DNA from: Octopus bimaculoides
Lineage: Eukaryota
Assembly (NCBI RefSeq): GCF_001194135.2
Contig: NC_068990.1
Location: forward strand, 24,347,932 to 24,411,931
Length of the DNA stretch: 64,000 nucleotides
Direction: 5' to 3'
Below are positions 54,894 to 64,000 of this stretch, piece after piece. Below the pieces are notes generated by a model. That model made no database searches and was not told the origin of the DNA. It saw nothing but the letters and a program-made list of their open reading frames with translations. The translations under genes were made by a program, and so were the position numbers. The stretch's first letter is position 1. Every line of letters starts with the position of its first letter.

Positions 54894-57496
54894 GTATGTA
54901 CACTGCAATATACTTCTACTTTCTTCATTGTATAGAAAATTAAATATGCATTATTTAGCTCTTTCTTGATCAAGAAGAATACCTGAACTTAAATAACTGG
55001 TAAACTAAAAATTAGGGTTAGTAATAATATAGTTAGTAATAATGAAATAATGTAAGAAGTTGAGAATAGTTAATCTGCAAATTACTGTAGCTAGATAATA
55101 AAATGCAATGTATATATATATATATATATAAACTTTTGAGTTCTTTGATCGGTGCTCCATTATTATTATTATTAGTATAATGACTATATAAGATGTTTAA
55201 GACAATAGCTATTATTAGTATTTCAATTGCTATCGGTTAATATTATTATCAAATAACAATATATATTAGTGTTATCATTACTATCGGCTTTCAATCAGTA
55301 GCAAATACGAATCAATTTTTAAGCGTTGATTCAGACCTCTTATTTTCTTTTTCCTCCATTGTTTGTTTATTTTTTTCTGCTTAGTGTTCCCTTCCTAAAA
55401 GCAACTCCAAAATATGATGACCAATTAATTAAGCGATATACAAATATTTTTTTTTTTTCTTAAAAAGTATACCACAAATTTTTATATCAGTCTTAGTCAT
55501 ATATTTTTATGCAAAATTACCCTCACATTCCACTCTAATTTACTTATCTCCTTTCTTATCTTTTCATTTAAGCTGCATAACCAAAAGCGGCTTACAATTC
55601 TCTGTACAGCTAATAACTTGCCATAAAAAATATAGTGTACTACATACCAGGATTTTAAAATATAAGGATAAGAAGATGGTCTCGTGAATTCACATTTAAC
55701 TGACAACTAGCTTAGTTCTTCGTCAACTGGATTTATATATATATATATATNNNNNNNNNNNNNNNNNNNNNNNNNNNNNNNNNNNNNNNNNNNNNNNNNN
55801 NNNNNNNNNNNNNNNNNNNNNNNNNNNNNNNNNNNNNNNNNNNNNNNNNNNNNNNNNNNNNNNNNNNNNNNNNNNNNNNNNNNNNNNNNNNNNNNNNNNN
55901 NNNNNNNNNNNNNNNNNNNNNNNNNNNNNNNNNNNNNNNNNNNNNNNNNNNNNNNNNNNNNNNNNNNNNNNNNNNNNNNNNNNNNNNNNNNNNNNNNNNN
56001 NNNNNNNNNNNNNNNNNNNNNNNNNNNNNNNNNNNNNNNNNNNNNNNNNNNNNNNATATATATGATTTACTTATTTGCAAATATCATATTTAATAGGATT
56101 AGAATTCACATATAAAAAATTGCTAGGATTTCTAACACACTACCTGTTGGTCACAATCCAAGATGTATGAACTTGGTCCTTCGCATTGAAATAGCTTTTA
56201 AAAATGCTCGCTTCAGTGTTTTGTCACCGTTAATAGTATTTTTGTATTTGCATGCTGAAATATGATTAGTTTGATAGCTAAGTCTTTTTAACAAACTATC
56301 CGATAACGAAATTCTGTTCGATGAAATTATAGACTAATTATACCTTCACATAAAGAATTTTGATAATTTTACTACACCTGTTGGATAAAAGAGGGAGAAA
56401 GGAAAGCCGAAAATACAATAGATCTAAATAGGAATTTTTTCTTCATCAAAAAGAAAGCAATAGTAAGAATACAAAGATGGTTGAAAACAAAAGAGAGAAA
56501 GAGAAAACGACAAACAACGTTTTGTTGCATTCAGTAACAACTCTGCCTTCCAAAGTCAATAACAAAATAAATTTTGCTTTTATTCTTCTGGCGTCCATAC
56601 AATAAAGAGCAGTAAGATTGAGTCCACTGTTTTAATTTCCCAAATTTGTGATCAGGTGGCCGAAATTATTAATAAGCATTTACTGCGAAAACAATTCAAT
56701 TCCTACGAAGATAGGTTAATTTAAAAGAAAATTGTTCCTGGATTACTTTTCTCGTTACTCTCTATGGTTTTATTGGTATATATTTTGTAGAAAGTTACAA
56801 GTGAAATACTTTAAAACATTAAGCCAATGATATATCATAATATGCTTATTGCTAGAATGAATGTTAAAAGATTAACATTTTTGTACGGTATCACCGATCA
56901 AAAAATTCTGTTTTTAGGTATTGAAACAACTAGGTTTATTGAAAAGTGTTTTAAGAACCGATGAACGTTAGTTCTGGATAATTTTGTACAAGAAAGCTCT
57001 AAAGTGCATATGTAAAAAAACAAAATACTCTTTAGATTTTGTTTAGCGATTGCTTCCGTCGTTTCATAAGATTAATGTTTTCCTTCTTTACTAAACCCTA
57101 TTTTAAAACTTCTAACGTTTCATGAAAGCAAATTTAACGGTAATTTCTCTAGATAACTCTCCTGATGCTATGTCAAACAAAATAGAATCCCGATATTGTC
57201 TCTGTTTTTGAAACCATAGTAATATGTGACGCCGGCAGTTGGCATTGGTGTCCGTGAGATATTCAATGATTGTTTATTGGTTTGGTCCAGTTTCGATGAT
57301 TCCACCTCAACCTTTTGTCAAACTGAAACCAATATATCTTTATCCAACTCAAAATACTTAATATACACAAATCAACAAATCAGATAACGTTTTAAAATTT
57401 AAATTAAACTAGTTTTCGTAAAGTGATATACTAATTAACTTCAAATAACAACAAAAGAACTTACCTTCCATTATTCTCGAAACCAGTGTATCTAAC

Positions 57497-57556
<60 letters not shown>

Positions 57557-58163
57557 TGCAGATAAGTCAAATTAAGATAGATATAATCAATTCAGATAGG
57601 AAAATCGAAGGATGTTAAATATCAATTACATCATTTCAGTAACTTTATTAGCAACTGACGATTATTGATAATTAAAAATGTATATTTTAATCCCCTTATT
57701 TNNNNNNNNNNNNNNNNNNNNNNNNNNNNNNNNNNNNNNNNNNNNNNNNNNNNNNNNNNNNNNNNNNNNNNNNNNNNNNNNNNNNNNNNNNNNNNNNNNN
57801 NNNNNNNNNNNNNNNNNNNNNNNNNNNNNNNNNNNNNNNNNNNNNNNNNNNNNNNNNNNNNNNNNNNNNNNNNNNNNNNNNNNNNNNNNNNNNNNNNNNN
57901 NNNNNNNNNNNNNNNNNNNNNNNNNNNNNNNNNNNNNNNNNNNNNNNNNNNNNNNNNNNNNNNNNNNNNNNNNNNNNNNNNNNNNNNNNNNNNNNNNNNN
58001 NNNNNNNNNNNNNNNNNNNNNNNNNNNNNNNNNNNNNNNNNNNNNNNNNNNNNNNNNNNNNNNNNNNNNNNNNNNNNNNNNNNNNNNNNNNNNNNNNNNN
58101 NNNNNNNNNNNNNNNNNNNNNNNNNNNNNNNNNNNNNNNNNNNNNNNNNNNNNNNNNNNNNNN

Positions 58164-58221
<58 letters not shown>

Positions 58222-59870
58222 TGTATATAATTGTATTTATATTTATATCACATCATATAATGCGAATTCACAGAAATAAACACAATTTAATATAGATGAT
58301 TGTTCATATTTAATTTTCATCAGCAGAAATATAAAAGAATAGATTTCATTGGATTTCTTTAGCTTACCTATATCCGTAGATAGGCAGAGTTATCAACATA
58401 TGAAATCTAGGGAATTGTTATTAGAATTCTTTCTAAAATTCAAGTGATCATTTTATGATAAAATCGAAATGCGTAAATATTCATACATTATCTCCAACTG
58501 TGAATCTAATTATGAGTGCAAATATTTCCGTTAAGACTAAAACATCAAATTGATATGCTTGCGTGTATGAGGAAGCTGTTTGTGAGTGAGCGTGCGTAGA
58601 GGAGGGCATTAAAACATACTTAGGTAAACAGTTACTGATATAAAGTTTTAATCATTTATAGGCATATCCTACTTAAGCCCTATGTTTTCTGTATTTTGAT
58701 CTATCATTTTCATGATGTCCATAACAGTTTAGTAAAGGCATCTGTCCAGTTGTTTCTTTTTAAAATAAAAGGAACGTTTTTAATGTAGATACGCAGTTTA
58801 CGATCGGAGCTTTGCATGCACATTTTCCGCATAAAATACATACCATATGGTATACCAAAGCCCGAAAAACGAATATCCACGTTTTTGACATGACAGACGT
58901 GTCTTTATGTCTCGTCGCGCGTTGGACGATTCCTGAACCTGCAATTTTATCAACGAAGGTCCAGCATACATCTACAATGTATTCACCACATTTGTACTAA
59001 TAGGCTAGTTGATTGAAATACAGCTTTCTTTATTGTAAAGCGACAAAGGTTTATACGTACATAAATGCATACACACATACACACGTATATATATATATAT
59101 ATATATATATATNNNNNNNNNNNNNNNNNNNNNNNNNNNNNNNNNNNNNNNNNNNNNNNNNNNNNNNNNNNNNNNNNNNNNNNNNNNNNNNNNNNNNNNN
59201 NNNNNNNNNNNNNNNNNNNNNNNNNNNNNNNNNNNNNNNNNNNNNNNNNNNNNNNNNNNNNNNNNNNNNNNNNNNNNNNNNNNNNNNNNNNNNNNNNNNN
59301 NNNNNNNNNNNNNNNNNNNNNNNNNNNNNNNNNNNNNNNNNNNNNNNNNNNNNNNNNNNNNNNNNNNNNNNNNNNNNNNNNNNNNNNNNNNNNNNNNNNN
59401 NNNNNNNNNNNNNNNNNNNNNNNNNNNNNNNNNNNNNNNNNNNNNNNNNNNNNNNNNNNNNNNNNNNNNNNNNNNNNNNNNNNNNNNNNNNNNNNNNNNN
59501 NNNNNNNNNNNNNNNNNNNNNNNNNNNNNNNNNNNNNNNNNNNNNNNNNNNNNNNNNNNNNNNNNNNNNNNNNNNNNNNNNNNNNNNNNNNNNNNNNNNN
59601 NNNNNNNNNNNNNNNNNNNNNNNNNNNNNNNNNNNNNNNNNNNNNNNNNNNNNNNNNNNNNNNNNNNNNNNNNNNNNNNNNNNNNNNNNNNNNNNNNNNN
59701 NNNNNNNNNNNNNNNNNNNNNNNNNNNNNNNNNNNNNNNNNNNNNNNNNNNNNNNNNNNNNNNNNNNNNNNNNNNNNNNNNNNNNNNNNNNNNNNNNNNN
59801 NNNNNNNNNNNNNNNNNNNNNNNNNNNNNNNNNNNNNNNNNNNNNNNNNNNNNNNNNNNNNNNNNNNNNN

Positions 59871-59923
<53 letters not shown>

Positions 59924-60346
59924 GTATGAGTGATAGATACGCTTTGGACCCCCTGATGTGTTGGTTGGTATATGTATATTACTATATACAATCATACTCG
60001 TTACTTTCAATATCTACTCATATTTTATATTACATTCTTGCATTTCGACTCATTAGAATGCATTTCACATATATTGTATACATAATATCTGTATAGGTAC
60101 ACGAGAATAATGGAGATGGAGGTTCATTTTCATACTTTTCTAGTAATACTATTTTGTTTTTGGCATCTGTTTGCAATAAGACGTATAATGATGAGTTAAG
60201 GATATATTGGTATACAGAAAATTTCCTTAGAAAAAATCACTGGACGGAAATATAGGAAAAATCTTTTAAAATTTCTCCTACGTTATTGTATCTACTTCTT
60301 GGGGTAGTTTCCTGGGTGGACAAAGTTATTTATCTCCCTCCTGCAG
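51398..60346 (+). other. GT-AG intron, 8949 bp, phase 2, between rod and tail; contains four N-gaps
   Basis: Donor gtaggt and acceptor ctgcag with matching phase. Confidence 0.85.
54451..54467 (+). other. Illumina adapter remnant (assembly artefact)
   Basis: agatcggaagagcgtcg is the start of the TruSeq read-through adapter AGATCGGAAGAGCGTCGTG...; it follows a (TA)n tract and ends exactly at a contig end. Confidence 0.92.
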
Positions 60347-63300
60347 GATCGAGTTAGTACAGCCTCCAATGACTTACCGAAGCCGAGAACCCTACACACC
60401 AGACTTGATTAAAAGAGAAGTTCGAACGACGAGCCATAGTGCAAGAGTAATGCAAAGCAAAGCGATCTCACCAGAGAAAATTGTAATGGAGCATAGCGCT
60501 CTAACAGAAAGCTACCACCAGACCGGAGAAGAAGCAGATGACGAAGGGAAAGACAGCGATTCCGACACACATACAGAAGCTGAGGCCGAAGAAACTAAAG
60601 CTGATTCAGATGCTGATACCGGAACAGGTCTAGATGAAGTGAAAGAGGAGTTGATATTCAAAACAGATTACAGAGACGTGACAGCTGAGAAATCTCAGTC
60701 GCCTGATGAAGACGTCGAAAACGTAGCTTCAGAAGCTGAAGAGGATATCATCACTGTAGAGACAGTGCGAACAGTAAAATCTGTGAAAACAGTCGTAACG
60801 ACAAGTGAAGAAACAGAGTTGGAAAAAGCAGAATCAGAGAGAACAGAATCTGTTCAAGCAGAATCAGAGAAAGCAGAATCGGAAAAAGCCGAGTCTGAAA
60901 AAGCTGAATCGGAAAAAGCCGAGTCTGAGAAAGCTGAATCGGAAAAAGCCGAGTCTGAAAAAGCTGAATCGGAAAAAGCCGAGTCTGAAAAAGCTGAATC
61001 GGAAAAAGCCGAGTCTGAAAAAGCTGAATCGGAAAAAGCCGAGTCTGAAAAAGCTGAATCGGAAAAAGCCGAGTCTGAAAAAGCTGAATCGGAAAAAGCC
61101 GAGTCTGAAAAGGCTGAGTCGGAACGGGCCGAGTCTGAAAAAGCTACAACTCCAGCTGAATCTGAAAAAGCCGAATCTGAAAGGGCCGAATCTGAAAAGG
61201 CTTCAACACCATCAGAACACGAAAAGTCAGTCGCTGACGGTCTTGATAAGGCTGAAACATTGAAAACAGCCTCTGAAAAATGTGTTTCACCAGCAGAGGA
61301 TGAAGTCAGCGATAAGGCTGAGTCGGAGAAATCTGTAAAATCTGCCGGGTCCCCTGAAAAGGAAAAACCGTTGAAGTCAAGCAAATCACCTACAGGATCT
61401 GAAGCATCTGTTGCTGAAGCTCAATCACCTTCGAAAACAGAATCTAAAAAGGTAACTTCCCCAATTTTATCTGAACATGCCAAATCACCCATCCCTGCAG
61501 ATGATGCACTCACTCTCACCGCTAAATCTCCCGTAGTATCTGAAGCACCTAAATCCCCAACTATTTCTGTTAAATCTGAATCGGAAAAGTCTGAATCAGT
61601 TACATCTCCCCATAAATCAGAATCCCCTAAATCCGAAAAGTCACCCGTGCTATCTGAAAAACCTAAATCACCTAGTGAACACGTTGAAGATGTAAGCGTT
61701 AAGACCTCTACCCCATCAGAGCACTCACCATCGCCTGATGAAACATGTGAAAAATCCTTATCAGTCACCACAGTCCGTACCGTGTCAACAGTAAAGTCAG
61801 AAAAAGTAGAAACAGAAAAATCAACAACTGAAACAACAGAAAGTAGTGTATCGCCGAAATCACCTGTATCATCAGAGAAAGCAGAATCAGTGAAATCTAG
61901 TCAAGCTCTCTCGCCTTCGCCTTCCGAAAAAGCAGAATCTGAAAAGTCCAAATCTCCTGTGACACCAGAACCTGCAAAATCTCCCAAATCCCCAGTACAC
62001 TCGGAAAAAGCGGAATCTGAAAAGTCGAAATCTCCTGTGACATCAGAACCTACAACGTCCCCGAAGTCCCCCGTGCCATCAGAAAAAGCAGAATCTGAAA
62101 AGTCAAAATCACCTGTCACCTCAGAGCCTGCAAAATCCCCTGTTCTATCGGAAAAGGCAGAATCTGAAAAGTCAAAATCCCCTGTTACGTCAGAACCAGC
62201 AAAATCTCCTGTACCCTCAGAAAAAGCAGAATCTGTAAAATCACAATCTCCTGTAACATCAGAACCTGCAAAATCCCCTGTTCCCTCAGAAAAAGCAGAA
62301 TCTGTAAAGTCAAAATCCCCTGTGACATCAGAACCTGCAAAATCTCCTGTACCCTCAGAAAAAGCAGAATCTGAAAAATCAAAATCCCCTGTCACCTCAG
62401 AACCTGCAAAATCCCCTGTTCTATCGGAAAAGGCAGAATCTGAAAAGTCAAAATCTCCTGTGACATCAGAGCCTGCAAAATCCCCTGTACCCTCAGAAAA
62501 AGCAGAATCTGAGAAATCAAAATCCCCTGTCACCTCAGAACCTGCAAAATCCCCTGTACCCTCAGAAAAAGCAGAATCTGTAAAGTCAAAATCTCCTGTG
62601 ACATCAGAACCTGCAAAATCTCCTGTACCCTCAGAAAAAGCAGTGTCCGAGAATTTAAAATCTCCTGTAACATCAGAACCTGCAAAATCTCCTGTACCCT
62701 CAGAAAAAGCAGAATCTGAAAAGTCAAAATCCCCTGTCACCTCAGAACCTGCAAAATCCCCTGTACCCTCAGAAAAAGCAGAATCTGAAAAATCAAAATC
62801 CCCTGTCACCTCAGAACCTGCAAAATCCCCTGTTCTATCGGAAAAGGCAGAATCTGAAAAGCCAAAATCTCCTGTGACATCAGAGCCTGCAAAATCCCCT
62901 GTTCCCTCAGAAAAAGCGNNNNNNNNNNNNNNNNNNNNNNNNNNNNNNNNNNNNNNNNNNNNNNNNNNNNNNNNNNNNNNNNNNNNNNNNNNNNNNNNNN
63001 NNNNNNNNNNNNNNNNNNNNNNNNNNNNNNNNNNNNNNNNNNNNNNNNNNNNNNNNNNNNNNNNNNNNNNNNNNNNNNNNNNNNNNNNNNNNNNNNNNNN
63101 NNNNNNNNNNNNNNNNNNNNNNNNNNNNNNNNNNNNNNNNNNNNNNNNNNNNNNNNNNNNNNNNNNNNNNNNNNNNNNNNNNNNNNNNNNNNNNNNNNNN
63201 NNNNNNNNNNNNNNNNNNNNNNNNNNNNNNNNNNNNNNNNNNNNNNNNNNNNNNNNNNNNNNNNNNNNNNNNNNNNNNNNNNNNNNNNNNNNNNNNNNNN

Positions 63301-64000
63301 NNNNNNNNNNNNNNNNNNNNNNNNNNNNNNNNNNNNNNNNNNNNNNNAACATCAGAACCTGCAAAATCTCCTGTACCCTCAGAAAAAGCAGAATCTGAAA
63401 AGTCAAAATCCCCTGTCACCTCAGAACCTGCAAAATCCCCTGTTCTATCGGAAAAGGCAGAATCTGAAAAGCCAAAATCTCCTGTGACATCAGAGCCTGC
63501 AAAATCCCCTGTTCCCTCAGAAAAAGCGGAATCTGAAAAATCAAAATCTCCTGTGATATCAGAGCCTGCAAAATCCCCTGTTCCCTCAGAAAAAGCAGAA
63601 TCTGAGAAATCAAAATCTCCTGTAACGTCAGAACCTGCAAAATCCCCTGTCACCTCAGAACCTGCAAAATCCCCTGTGCCCTCAGAAAAAGCAGAATCTG
63701 TAAAGTCAAAATCTCCTGTGACATCAGAACCTGCAAAATCCCCTGTACCCTCAGAAAAAGCAGAATCTGAAAAGTCAAAATCCCCTGTTACATCAGAACC
63801 TGCAAAATCCCCTGTGACATCAGAACCTGCAAAATCCCATGTCACCTCAGAACCTGCAAAATCCCCACAATCCCCTGTACCCTCAGAAAAAGCAGAATCT
63901 GAAAAGTCAAAATCTCCTGTGACATCAGAGCCTGCAAAATCCCCTGTTCCCTCAGAAAAAGCAGAATCTGAAAAGTCAAAATCTCCTTTGACATCAGAAC
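60347..64000 (+). CDS. NF220: Giant tail exon of the high-molecular-weight neurofilament isoform (NF220-type), KSP-repeat tail; 3' end outside the window
   Basis: Acceptor ctccctcctgcag ends 60346. G completes AG|G (Arg), then IELVQPP-MTYRSREP..., in frame with the ORF-track ATG at 60369. Open to the gap at 62919; after the gap the same peptide repeat is open from 63349 (aca tca gaa cct) to 64000 with no stop. Confidence 0.92.
60858..61142 (+). repeat. Coding tandem array (AESEK)n; 15-bp monomer, 30-bp dimer
   Basis: 17 AESEK units (60858-61112), then AESER and AESEK; codons alternate GCT GAA TCG GAA AAA / GCC GAG TCT GAA AAA. Looser copies continue to about 61200. Confidence 0.97.
61923..64000 (+). 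repeat. Coding 69-bp tandem array, consensus SEKAESEKSKSPVTSEPAKSPVP (23 aa, two KSP motifs)
   Basis: Two 26-aa lead units plus 12 full 23-aa units before the gap, and at least 7 more after it, some with internal 27-bp expansions. Confidence 0.97.

Noticed and set aside
1700-60096. Numerous ORF-track entries with YIYI, CVCV, HTHT, poly-L/I or X runs
   Set aside because: Translations of microsatellites and N-gaps.
60805-61263. +1-frame basic ORF (KKLNRKKPSL)n
   Set aside because: A consequence of the 30-bp unit; the frame has no splice or start context and closes outside the array.
63348-63398. Apparent frameshift and stop (NIRTCKISCTLRKSRI*) ending the 1009-aa ORF
   Set aside because: It follows a 429-N gap of estimated size; the adjacent frame from 63349 continues the repeat without stops. 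Not evidence of a pseudogene.
60854-63845. Long antisense ORFs (FSDSA and GDFAGSDVT repeats)
   Set aside because: Shadows of the repetitive sense CDS; a unit lacking a stop in one antisense frame gives a long ORF automatically. No independent evidence.

Overview
AT-rich, microsatellite-dense eukaryotic DNA with ten N-gaps. The repeat families and gene similarity point to a coleoid cephalopod, most likely Octopus (inference). The window holds most of one large + strand gene, the cephalopod neurofilament gene (squid NF220/NF70/NF60 type intermediate filament). Five short rod-domain exons (27050-27236, 44153-44248, 46429-46590, 47391-47516, 51177-51397) splice in frame to a giant tail exon that starts at 60347 and runs off the window end. 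The tail carries a 5-aa AESEK array and a 23-aa double-KSP array. The head/coil-1A exon(s) are not visible, so 1-27049 is probably intron. Introns are filled with tRNA-derived SINEs of several families, two decayed LINE fragments and simple repeats. Notable extras: a 71-bp-arm palindrome (460-611), rod exon sizes matching vertebrate type III IF genes plus the 42-residue lamin-type insert, nested repeat structure in the tail, and an Illumina adapter left in the assembly (54451-54467). I found no convincing wholly new biological system. All family and homology assignments rest on recalled knowledge, not database searches.
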